A DNA stretch of 64,000 nt, from contig OZ024743.1 of assembly GCA_964016885.1 (NCBI GenBank), positions 188,790,001-188,854,000 of the forward strand, in the 5' to 3' direction. Position 1 is the stretch's first letter, and each line of letters begins with the position of its first letter. Positions 1 through 16,136 of the stretch are shown here, piece after piece. This DNA is from Eledone cirrhosa. Taxonomy: Eukaryota. A program made the translations under genes and the position numbers. The notes under the pieces are model-generated. The model was not told the origin of the DNA, did no database searches, and worked only from the letters and a program-made list of their open reading frames with translations.

Positions 1-808
1 AAATGGCCATGTTCAATATGTAGGAAAGGAACTGGCATAAATTCTATAAAATGTACGCAATGCAGATCTTGGGTACATAGGAGATGTAGTGGGAGACAGG
101 CAAACTAACAGGTAGGGAAAACTACGTATGAAGTAGATGTACAGGGAAAGTTGGCAGTAGTAATCGCAGTGATAGACACATTTTTCCAATGCAGGTGAGT
201 TCTATAGAAGTGGTTGATAGCTTCTGGTACCTAGGTGATCAGATTAGCATGAATGTTCCGAAGCCATAGTATCGAGAATAAGGACGGGTTAGAAGAAGTT
301 TAGGGAGCTGCTTCCGCTGTTGACAAAGAAGGGTTTCTCCCTGCGTACGAAAGGAAGGTTATATGATGCCTGTGTGAGATGCCCGGTGATGCATGGTAGT
401 AAGACATGGGCAGCAACTGCAGAGGATATGCGATGGCTGGAGAGAAATGAAGCAAGCATGCTTCGTTGGATGTGCAATGTCAATGCGCGGGAACGACCAA
501 GCATAGACGAGTTGAGAAAGAAACTGGGTATAAGGGATAAGTTGTGGTGTACAGGAGAGAAGACTGAGATGGTATGGATATTTGATGCACATGGAGGATG
601 ACCGCTGAGTAAAGAAGTACCAAGAAATCCCAGTAGAAGGAAGACCAGGAAAAACATGGGCGGAGGTGGTGAGAGCAGACCTCGGACCGCTGAAATTCAC
701 GGAGAAGATGACGAAGGACCATGACAAGTGGATAGATGCTGTGCTGAATAGGACTCGTCCCACCCTTGCAAGCAGGGAAAAGTGGACGTAAAATGATGAT
801 GATGATGA

Positions 809-810
<2 letters not shown>
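1..810 (+). mobile_element. RTE-clade LINE, 3' fragment (decayed)
   Basis: C-terminal RTE ORF remnants ([36 protein letters not shown]) with frameshifts; ends in (ATG)n tail then (TA)n; homologous to 21066-22002 and 38329-39056. Confidence 0.9.
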
Positions 811-871
<61 letters not shown>

Positions 872-878
872 TACACAA

Positions 879-935
<57 letters not shown>

Positions 936-936
936 A

Positions 937-2200
937 ATGAGGTACACTCAAGAAGTTTTGAGACCTTTTTTCAGGCACTTTAAATTGACTGCTGTTACTG
1001 TCACTCTAAAATCCTCAGTTATAATAAGCTAACATGCCATATCTTTTTTTCCAGGTTGAAGATTTGGGCCACTACAGCACTTTAACCACTACCCATCATA
1101 CATGTTTTATCACACCGAGTGGCTCCACAATGCAGTTGGGGCCTGAGGACAACTTGGAGGCTCAATATGCAATATGGTTTTGTGTCAAGCTTTGCACAGA
1201 CTCAGCAGAAACGTATGAAATGCTTGAAACTGCTTACAGACTAACGTTCATGAGCCAGTTAACTGTTTTCCACTGACACAAGAGGTTGCATGTGGGCAAG
1301 GAGCAGGTGAGGGATGATGAATGGTGTGGCAGGGAGAGGGACATCAGAATGCCAAATCTGTTCGTCAAAATTTCTAAATTTCTGGAGGAGAACTATCGTA
1401 CCTTTCTTCTGACTTTTGCTAAACAATTTGAAGTGGCTGAGGGCACAGTGCACAGAGTCATTCATGATGATTAGATGATGTGCAAAGTTTGTTCCCAAGG
1501 GGCTCAATAAAGATCAAATGCTGAAGCGCATTGTGTCTCTTGTAACATGTGACGAGAGCAGGGTCTATTGTTATGATCCAGAGACCAAGAGACAGAGTGC
1601 TCATTGGAAACATTCTGACTCACCAAGACCCAAGAAGGCTGGGCAAAGCAGGTTCACAGGGAAGCTCATGATGATCCAATTATTCAACAGCAAAAGCATC
1701 ATCTACATGGTCCCCCATGGCTAGACAATCAACAAAGAGTACTACGTAGAGGTTTTGAGGAAGTTCAGAAAGAGTTTGTGTTGAAAGAGATCAGAACACT
1801 TCAGCTCTGGTCAGTGTCACCTGCACCAGGACAATGGCTCTGCCACAAATCCATCCTGGTGACCAACTACTTGGATGATATGGAGATCAAAACTGTCCGT
1901 CATCCTTCCAACAGCCCAGATATAGCCCCATGTGACTTCTGGTTGTTCATAAAGCTGAAGGGGCTGCTCAGGGGTATCTGCTTTTAGAATGTGGAGGGGA
2001 TGAAGGAGGCTGTCACAAGCATCCAGGACACCTTCACTTTGCAGGACTATGAGGGGCCCACCCAGAAGGAGCTGGAACACTATACTAAGTGCATTGGAAT
2101 TAGAGGATCCTAATTTAAAGGCGACTATAGTTTTCTGTTGATCTAAGTTGAATAAATGTATCTCTGATAAATGTCTCAAAACCTCTCGAGTATACCTCAT
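937..2200 (+). mobile_element. Full-length decayed mariner (DD34D-type) transposon
   Basis: About 28-bp TIRs atgaggtacactcaagaagttttgagac / gtctcaaaacctctcgagtatacctcat; about 1.26 kb; broken transposase with VTCDESRVYCYDPETKRQS and HPSNSPDIAPCDFWLF motifs. Confidence 0.92.
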
Positions 2201-2210
2201 ATATATATAT

Positions 2211-2544
2211 GGCGGCACATGGCTTAGTGGTTAGAGCATTGGCCTTGCAATCGAAAGGTTGTGAGTTAAATTCTCAGACTGGGTGATGTGTTGTTTCCTT
2301 GAGCAAGACACTTTATTTCACATTGTTCTAGTTTACTCAGCTGTAGAAATGAGATGATAGGGACTGGGGTCCATATCATTCCACTAAAAAGTGGTCGTGG
2401 AGGTGCCACGGCAAAAAAAACCCAGCACTCACTCTAAATGAGGTTGGTGTTAGGAAGGGCATCCAGCTGTAGAAATCAAGCCAGAATCAGTTCCCGTCCC
2501 ACTCTTGCAAGCAGGGAAAAGCGGACGTAAAATGATGATGATGA

Positions 2545-2548
<4 letters not shown>
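2211..2548 (+). mobile_element. tRNA-derived SINE with RTE-type 3' tail
   Basis: A-box tggcttagtgg, B-box-like gagttaaattc, 3' end shared with the RTE LINE (cttgcaagcagggaaaagcggacgtaaaatgatg); second copy at 26630-26965 on the minus strand. Confidence 0.88.
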
Positions 2549-2587
<39 letters not shown>

Positions 2588-2589
<2 letters not shown>

Positions 2590-2633
2590 TTGTTATGCTT
2601 TGGGAGGGTCATGTTGCCAGATTCAGAAACGAA

Positions 2634-2634
<1 letters not shown>
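2588..2634. mobile_element. Minimal two-ended remnant of the 15740-20742 PLE family
   Basis: tattgttatgctttgggagggtcatgttgcca (inverted short-arm end) fused to attcagaaacgaaat (tail end), inside (TA)n. Confidence 0.75.
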
Positions 2635-2664
<30 letters not shown>

Positions 2665-3812
2665 AGCATATTCGTAGGAGTATTATCGATCTAAATAACC
2701 ATGTTTACAAATATATATATACACACACACACACATATATACATATATATATATATACAGATGTGCTTTCTTGCCTCACAGTTTTTCCTTTCTTATTCTT
2801 CTCACTCTTGTTTGTCTTTCTATTTCTCACTTTTACTTCTCACTAGCAGAGGTGCTCGGCAGTGCATGGGTATTTTTTGAAAGTACCAATTTATTTTGAC
2901 GCATTACAAAATATGTTACCAATAAAGTAGAAGGACTTATATTTTCACAAATGTCAGAATAATAGCAGAATTTTCTTCTCTCTTGTTCAATGCAACTGAT
3001 CTAAATAAAAATATTACTAGTTTTGTTGAGTACTGTTGTTTTTGAATACTAGTCCGTATATATAATGCTTCGTCCATAGAATAGTCATTACGTACATTTT
3101 CAGTGAAAAGGGCAGGACCAAAAGAAAGTATTTTTAATTTTAAATCATCATCTTTTTTACACAATCAGAACCTCTTATATACCAGATATACGTTAAACTT
3201 ATATATATCTTCATTGCATGGTATTTTTTTCTGTGGTGTTTATGTATTTACTTATTGCACGCACATATACACACACATACACACACTTATATGTATATAC
3301 TTTACTTGTGTGTAATGTTTAATTATGGATGGTTCACCAGTTTGAGTACTTTATGCTATTATTTAGGTCTCATATAGGCACAAGTCCAACAATTTGTGGG
3401 GAGGAAGAAATTCAAGTAAACCTACTCCAGTGCATTACTGGTGCCTTATTTAATTGCCCCAGTAAGGATGAAAAACAAAGCTAATCTCACTGAGGTTATC
3501 TTTGACTTCCATCCTTACGGGATCGACAAAATAAAGTACAAGTATAAATAAACATAAACAGAGGAAGGGCGGATAGAAAATAAATATTCATATGCAAAAA
3601 AATAATGTGATGATATTAATGGGACGTTGAATAAACTATGAAATTAAATATCACAGAAATATTGAACTTTCTTTTCAAATATGTTAATATATAATCTAGA
3701 TAATGACAAAATGCATCTGAATCATATTCTTCTCAATTTATGTCTGAATTAGTAATACTACTAGAACAATGAACGGTGTACGAACATAATCTTTTATTTC
3801 TAAATATATATA

Positions 3813-6581
<2,769 letters not shown>

Positions 6582-6672
6582 TGTATATATATATATGTAT
6601 ATATATATAAATATACATATATATAAATATATATATATAAATATATATATGTATAAATATATATAAATATAC

Positions 6673-6886
6673 AATATATTAATAAATGGAAACTATATTT
6701 ATAAAACCATAATTATGTTATTGTATATATTTCAAGCGCGACCAAGCCAAACTTGGTGCGCTTTCATCAGATAAAATACAAAATTTGTTTTATAAATAGT
6801 GACATAACCATGGAAAACAACCTTGACGGTTGAAAATTTGCTGGATAGTATATCAGTTATAAACTTCTACATATATATAAATATAT

Positions 6887-6921
<35 letters not shown>

Positions 6922-8130
6922 AATATATATATACATAAATATATATATATACGAGATAACAAGTTATCGTTATAGGCAATCCACTTAGAATTATTCCAGT
7001 AAGAGTACGCCGTGTTGTGGATGGATTTAACGTATGGCTTAGTTTGACACAACAAGACGCTTCCATAGTGATGCAGCGAGTTCGCGTGATTTCTATTTAG
7101 GTTATACTTGGAGTAATAATAATTCAAGAAAGAAGAGTAACATGATTGGCTGTACAATAAGGGCTTTATTCACAGTGCTGACAATTGTTTTGTTGATTTG
7201 GTAGGTCTAGAGCTCGCTAATGTTGCGTCAATCGATCTCCAATACTTTGTTTACAACCAGTCAATTCATCAGAGCATGTGTTTGTGAGGATAATATGCAT
7301 GGCATGGCATGGCTTTTATAGAAGAGTGGTGTTAGACCAGAACAACAACATCAGTAACAAGCTATCTAGATACTGAATAATTAAAATAATAACATCAATA
7401 TAAGTAAGAAATAGAATGATAAAACACGCATGGTAAACGAACAGAGATGATACAGATGTATGAATTGACATGCGAAATCTACCATAGGGTACTTTAGAGG
7501 TAGTAGTTGAGGGATGAATTAACTTAGATGAAGAGATAACTAATAAAATATACTTAGAGACAGATTTTGGAATCTACACTTTAAGTGCAATTATGATTGA
7601 TTTAGATACAAGTGTGCTGTGGATCTGAAACCCACTAGCAATAAACCGGAGATTGATTTATGGTTTGACAGATATGTATTTTTTTTCTGTTGTATCAATT
7701 TAGTGAGACTGATGGAGTGAGTGTATAAAGATTTAAGACTTCCAGGCTTGACCATGCTAAGTAAAAACCGCTTGTTCTTTTGCTCCGCCAGCGCAAACAA
7801 TATGTAACGACAAAACATTATCTACGAGCCTGGCCAAACGCCTTCAGCCAGTCGCCCGTATTTTCTCTTGTAATCTTAATTGAATTATTTCATTTCTCAT
7901 GGCATGCCAGCTCAACCTCTGTTAATAAATAATGTAAAACCAAGCTAAAGTCGTTTGTTGATATTCCTATCATATCTCTCTACCAAACCTGGTTACTCGT
8001 GGCAACCTTACCAACTTCTAAATACTTCTCCGTTAAATTGGAATTTACATCTTCAACCCAATTGCTGACTTATACACAACAAAGAGAAAAACGTTTCTTT
8101 CCTTTATTGGTGACAACACATTCCTACACC
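6673..8130 (-). mobile_element. Heavily decayed PLE ending in a hammerhead motif
   Basis: 6673-6840 is homologous to 60074-60248; faint RT-like remnants on the minus strand (FCRY.., VGFRSTAHLYL). Confidence 0.5.
6716..6778 (-). ncRNA. Type I hammerhead ribozyme
   Basis: Minus strand ttttat CTGATGA aagcgc accaag tttgg cttggt c gcgctt GAAA tatata; long stem II, weak stem I. Confidence 0.7.
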
Positions 8131-8133
8131 AAA

Positions 8134-9569
<1,436 letters not shown>

Positions 9570-9573
9570 ATAC

Positions 9574-9650
<77 letters not shown>

Positions 9651-9693
9651 CATATATATATACATATATATATGTATATATACATATATATAC

Positions 9694-9756
<63 letters not shown>

Positions 9757-9769
9757 CATATATATATAC

Positions 9770-9800
<31 letters not shown>

Positions 9801-9805
9801 TATAC

Positions 9806-9910
<105 letters not shown>

Positions 9911-10343
9911 AAATTTCAAGTTATCAATAATGTAGTGATAATATATCGTTACGTTAGAGATGAACAGCGTACGTGCAGGTTTGCTCAACGAGTATAAATT
10001 ATATTCCGGAGAAAATGTAGAAAGGATGAATATAAAATGAAAGTGCTTTTTTTAAAAAAGGAGTCTATTAGGTATTGACATATGTTTCTGTAACAGACCG
10101 AATACCTATGTATCGCTGCTTGCGTAATCATATAATGTTAGCAAGTATTCGATAGCAAATGTATAATCAGTTGTCACTTCTTCAGAGATTTTGGATAAAT
10201 TGGATAAAATCAGAAAAATTGAAGTATTTATATTAGTAATAGAGGAAGAAAAAGAGGGGATAGTGTATGACAGATGTTAATTCAATTTACTGCTAAACAA
10301 GTATATAATGGGTTTCTAATGAGAATACCATGAGTAAATGGTT

Positions 10344-10514
<171 letters not shown>

Positions 10515-10563
10515 TATACATATATACATATATATATATATATACATATATATACATATATAC

Positions 10564-10628
<65 letters not shown>

Positions 10629-10651
10629 CATATATACATATATATATATAA

Positions 10652-10730
<79 letters not shown>

Positions 10731-10749
10731 TATACATATATAAACATAT

Positions 10750-10784
<35 letters not shown>

Positions 10785-10798
10785 AATATATATATATA

Positions 10799-11220
10799 CA
10801 CAAGAGCGTCTACAACATCAAAAGATTTTTATTGGCTTACAATGTTTCTTCCTTACGTAACCGTAGGGTTCGTCAGAGCTATAAAAGGGGTTTGATTGGT
10901 GTTATGGACTCTAAATCCTTATTACCTGTCCACCTTGTGTGTATGATTATAATTGATTGGCAGCATGCTAACTAAAGACTACCTACCTATATCACTCAAG
11001 AACATCCCAACCCCATCCAGGACTACTTATGAGACTTATCGTCCCCTACTTTTGCTCTTTACTCTCTTTACTCTTTGTTCTTGAATGTTTGGTTGGTAGA
11101 GTCCATAACACCAATCAAACCCCTTGTATAGCTCTGACGAATCCTACGGTTACGTAAGGAAGAAACATTGTAAGCCAATAAAATTCTTTTGATGTTGTAG
11201 ACGCTCTTGTGTTCTTTATC
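10799..11220. mobile_element. Fold-back hammerhead element in (TA)n
   Basis: Inverted arms about 10799-10913 and 11097-11212 with a hammerhead core in each. Confidence 0.85.
11129..11177 (+). ncRNA. Type I hammerhead ribozyme
   Basis: tagct CTGACGA atcctacg gtta cgtaagga a GAAA cattg TA agcca; inverted copy at 10833-10881. Confidence 0.75.
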
Positions 11221-11250
11221 ATATATATATACATATATTTATATATAAAT

Positions 11251-13055
11251 ATGTCATCGGCAAATTCAGCATCCGATACCTTTTTCGCCTTAACTCTCCT
11301 GCTCTGAGCCGGTGCTACAGTAAAGCCAGAGTCCTGGTGTTTCTCCAGTGCAAGGCGCATACAATAGTCCACTACGATGATAAAAAGGTAGGGAGTCAAT
11401 GTATCTCCCTGGAGCACTCCAGCAGTATCTCAAAGAACTCTGTCATCCCATCAGGTGTAATGACTTGGGCTTTGGTGTTGGTGTAGAGCAGTGATATCAG
11501 GTCCACTATCTACTTGGGGATTCCATAAGCCTGTAAGATCTTCATCAGGCAGTAAAGGTCCACAGAATCAAAGGCTTTCCTAAAGTCAATGAAAACCATG
11601 ACCCCAGGAAGGCACTTTGCTCTAGCTCCCTCTAATATCCTCCTCAGCATCTGGATATGACTGGTGGTTGATCTTCCCTCTCTGAAGCCGTTCTGGTTGT
11701 CCCTGAGCTACTTCTCCACCTCAGGCTGGATCCTGTTAAGAATCATCCTGTTGAGGGTCTTTGTCACAAGTGACGTCAGTGAGATCCCCCTGTAGTTGTT
11801 GGTGTTAGAGAGATCTCCCTTCTTTGGCACTGGGACGATGTTACAGATCCTCCACTGATTCGGGACAACTCCTTTCTCCAGTGCCCGGTTACAGAACCCC
11901 AGGATGATATCAAAATCACACCTCTTCATCACCTCCGATGCCACTCCATCTTCTCCATGAGCCTTGCCCTCCTTGATCCTCTTCTTGGCTCTCTGAAGAT
12001 CCTCTCTGGTGTAGGGCTCTGTCTCAACATCCAGTTCCCCAAACGGCCGCCTGATCTCCCCAGTGCTCTGGGCTGTGGAGGGTGGCTCTCCTAGTAGGGT
12101 CCTAAAATGGTCTAGGCATTTCCTCTTCCTATCCTCGGGCCCCGTTCCCTGGATCTGACTCGAACACCTCTTCCTCTCTGTGATCTCGTTGGTGATCATC
12201 CAGCTCTCCTTACATCCAGATCTGTCAACCGCTCTCTCCACACTTCTGACCTTCTCTATCAGTGCCTCCTCTCTGACCTCAGTGTAAGCGGTACAGAGTT
12301 CTTCCCTCATCACCTCCACAGTTTCCATCCTCTCCTCCATAGGATCAGCATAGAATTGGTCCTTGGCAGCGTTCAGGTGTTCTCTGGCTGCACACACTTT
12401 TGGGTTTGCAGAGTTGTCGTGCTTCCTTTTGTTCTTTTTCCTCGGCACCAGGGTTTCACTTGCTTCCGCCACTGCATTGGTGAAGTGCCCGTACCTCCTC
12501 GTCACACTCTCCTCAGTCCATCCAATCTCTCTCTCCTCTGACTCTCCACACAGAGCACTAAACCTGTTTCTCACTTCCACTGTGAACCTCTCCTGTAGCT
12601 TATCATCTTCCTTGAAAGCTCCCCAGTCATAGATTGCTCTCCGGGGCCGAGCCTTGCTCTTTCTTAAGTTCACCCGGACCTCACTCATAACAAGCCGGTG
12701 ATCACTACCCAGTGTACTGAAATAGTTGTATGGTTCTGTGTTCAGAACACTATTCCGCCACCTTTTCCTCACCAGAATGAAATCAATCTGGGACTTGGAA
12801 AGGTGCATATCTGAGATGTAGGTCCACATCTTCTCCAGATTCTTCCTAAACCTTAGGTATGGTCGCTATCAAGTTCGCCTCCAGCAGGGTGTCTCTCTGT
12901 AGTCTTCCATTTCGGTTGGAGTTGTTATGGAAGTACCAGCAACGATCTTTACTGCCCTCCTTACTCAGATGTGCATTGAAGTCCCCCAAAACAAGCAGGA
13001 TATTGTGTGCTTGAGTGGTGTTGACAGCTCTACACACCTCCTCATGGAACTCTTC
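11251..13055 (-). mobile_element. RTE-group LINE, inverted 5' part (APE endonuclease to RT)
   Basis: LGDFNAH, QIDFIL, GSDH, NYRGISL, NQNGFR, FIDFRKAFDS, GVLQGDTL, EFADDI; several frameshifts and stops. Confidence 0.92.
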
Positions 13056-13795
13056 CGCACTCACATCACTGTTCCCCTTGATGCGGGAGGTTGAGACTGT
13101 GTCGATGAGTGTGGGGCTGAGAATGAATGAGACTAAAACAAAATATCTGGTAGAGAATGTTGAGAAGCCAAAAGGGATCACTAATGTAGGCGGGAAGCCG
13201 CTAGAATTGGTTGAGGGCTTCCTGTATTTGGGAGCAAAGATTGGGAATACGGAAAATGATGTGGTTGAGAGGAAGAGCAACGCCTGGGCGGCGTACCACA
13301 GCTTGAGATCGGTGTAGAAGTCAGACCTTCGTGAAGACCTGAAAATCCGCCTCTTCATTGCTGTAGTGGAGTCTGTGCTGCTGTACGGGTCTGAGACTTG
13401 GACACTGACCAAGAAACTCACTCAGATGGTGGATGGGTGCTACACGAGAATGGTGAGGATGGCTCTGAAAGTTTAATCAGTATACACTGAGGATGCAAAA
13501 CTCAGAGCTGTATGGGAGCATCCCAAACGTCATCTCAAAAGTGACACAGAGGAGACTAAGGTTAGCTGGACATGCTCACCGACATCCAGAGTTGACATTG
13601 CACTCAGTGCTCCCGTGGGAGCCCCTACACGGACACACTAGAAGTGGAAGACCAAGGTTAACGTATGTTGATGCCCTAAGGACAGACACTGGTCTGTTGG
13701 AGACGCCGGACATGGCAGCGATAATGAGGGACAGAGACCGCTAGAGAGAACTCGTCCATGGATCTCGGAAATTTTACCCGCCTTAGACAGATAGA
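13056..13795 (+). mobile_element. Same LINE, 3' part in forward orientation
   Basis: Continues the RT (ALTS..GLRMNETKTKY..FLYLG..LLYGSETW..RRLRLAGH..GRP); ends in agat repeats then (TA)n. Confidence 0.9.
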
Positions 13796-13800
13796 TATAT

Positions 13801-13870
<70 letters not shown>

Positions 13871-13875
<5 letters not shown>

Positions 13876-15237
13876 GAATAATCGAGTATCGAAAAATCGG
13901 CGCACGAGTTCACGATAAACAAAATTCGATATGAGCGGCAGAGGGCTCAATAATTCAGATAAATCAGAGCTATAACTATCGTTAAAATACCGTCACACAT
14001 AGAACAGGTCTATAATCAACCGTACGACCGAAAGATTGCGATCTGGAAGATTCGGGACATTCAGAAAAAAATATCAAAATATCAATAAATCAAATAAATG
14101 TAAAAAGCATACCCGGACCCGCTAGAAAGATGGTAAATCTAGCTTCTTGGGTTTCTGTAAATCCTTAAACTGCCCTCTATCAGCTCACATAAAAATATAT
14201 GAGACTTCTAGAAGCCAGCGGACAGGAAAATTTACTTCCTCAACGAGCCTTTGTCCGAACGAATGAAAAGGCATAACCCAGGCTGAAGGAACGCACATGT
14301 AATTCAGCAAGGGAGATAACCTCTACATCCGCAAAAAATATTCGGGAAAATGTGGAAATACACATATCGAATAAGAGTGCTCAATAGACATGTTAAAATA
14401 AACAGGAGCTATTCATCATTTAATAGAATCGACAAAAAATGAACAATAAAATTAACTGGTCAATAGCTTTGTCTAGAGCTAAAAATAGTAGAATAATCGA
14501 GTATCGAAAAATCGACGCACGAGTTCACGATAAACAAAATTCGATATGAGCGGCAGAGGGCTCAATAATTCAGATAAATCAGAGCTATAACTATCGTTAA
14601 AATACCGTCACACATAGAACAAGTCTATAATCAACCGTACGACCGAAAGATTGCGATCTGGAAGATTCGGGACATTCAGAAAAAAATATCAAAATATCAA
14701 TAAATCAAATAAATGTAAAAAGCATACCCGGACCCGCTAGAAAGATGGTAAATCTAGCTTCTTGGGTTTCTGTAAATCCTTAAACTGCCCTCTATCAGCT
14801 CACATAAAAATATATGAGACTTCTAGAAGCCAGCGGACAGGAAAATTTACTTCCTCAACGAGCTTTTGTCCGAACGAATGAAAAGGCATAACCCAGGCTG
14901 AAGGAACGCACATGTAATTCAGCAAGGGAGATAACCTCTACATCCGCAAAAAATATTCGGGAAAATGTGGAAATACACATATCGAATAAGAGTGCTCAAT
15001 AGACTTGTTAAAATAAACAGGAGCTATTCATCATTTAATAGAATCGACAAAAAATGAACAATAAAATTAACTGGTCAATAGCTTTGTCTAGAGCTAAAAA
15101 TAGTAGAATAATCGAGTATCGAAAAATCGGCGCACGAGTTCACGATAAACAAAATTCGATATGAGCGGCAGAGGGCTCAATAATTCAGATAAATCAGAGC
15201 TATAACTATCGTTAAAATACCGTCACACATAGAACAA

Positions 15238-15242
<5 letters not shown>
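13871..15242 (-). repeat. 615-bp non-coding tandem unit, about 2.2 near-identical copies, within (TA)n
   Basis: Unit starts (tagtagaataatcgag) at 13871, 14486 and 15101; no ORF of 60 aa or more; strand inferred from the tail hairpin. Confidence 0.95.
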
Positions 15243-15275
<33 letters not shown>

Positions 15276-15278
15276 CAA

Positions 15279-15455
<177 letters not shown>

Positions 15456-15890
15456 TTTATATATAAATATATATATATACAATATTGAAAAAGTGAAGAA
15501 TAACATGGTCAACAGTACAAAAAAGGGGATTTATTTACAGTCTAACAATTGTTTCTCTGATTAAGCCATCTGCCAAACCTCTTGTTGAGTCAAGCAACGC
15601 CGTAAGCTAGAACTATCCATTATAAGAAGTATTCACAACCTCTAACTGGATTACCTATAACAATATTTTGTTATCCCTTATATATATATACATATATATG
15701 TATATAAATGTATATATTTATATATAAATATATATATATATTGTTATACTTTGGGAGGGTCATGTTGCCAATAAGAAACACACGCACCAGTTGTTTCACT
15801 TCAATTTATTATAATAAATTTATAAATTTAGGAATTTATAAATTTCTGGTTGGTTGGTTGGTTCCACAACCAGATAGTTGTTTATATATT

Positions 15891-15933
15891 GTCAAAGTTC
15901 TTTCGTCACCCATTCTGTGACCTCTTCAGTGAC
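15891..15933 (-). ncRNA. Type I hammerhead ribozyme in the PLE pseudo-LTR
   Basis: gtca CTGAAGA g gtcac agaatgg gtgac GAAA gaac TT tgac; copies at 19874-19916 (-), 20489-20531 (+, core mutated to CGGAAGA) and 27758-27800 (+). Confidence 0.8.
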
Positions 15934-16136
15934 TGGGGATTCTTTTCTTTGTTTTTGTGCCTCTCCTTTGTTCTGTCCTACGCCATTTTGTTTCTGTGTG
16001 TGTGTTGTGTGCTCAGTCTGCGCATGCGCCACATCCGGGTGTCTGTTTGTGTTTATGTTCATTTATTTATTTGTTTATTTACATGTTACTGGTTGGTTGT
16101 TTGTTCTATGTGTGTATGTGTGTTTTCATTTTGTCC

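Noticed and set aside
2211-2285. tRNA gene
   Set aside because: It is the tRNA-derived head of a SINE, continuing into a SINE body and tail
14405-14425. ATGATGA on the minus strand as box C or SECIS in the 615-bp unit
   Set aside because: No matching box D terminal stem or SECIS geometry could be fitted
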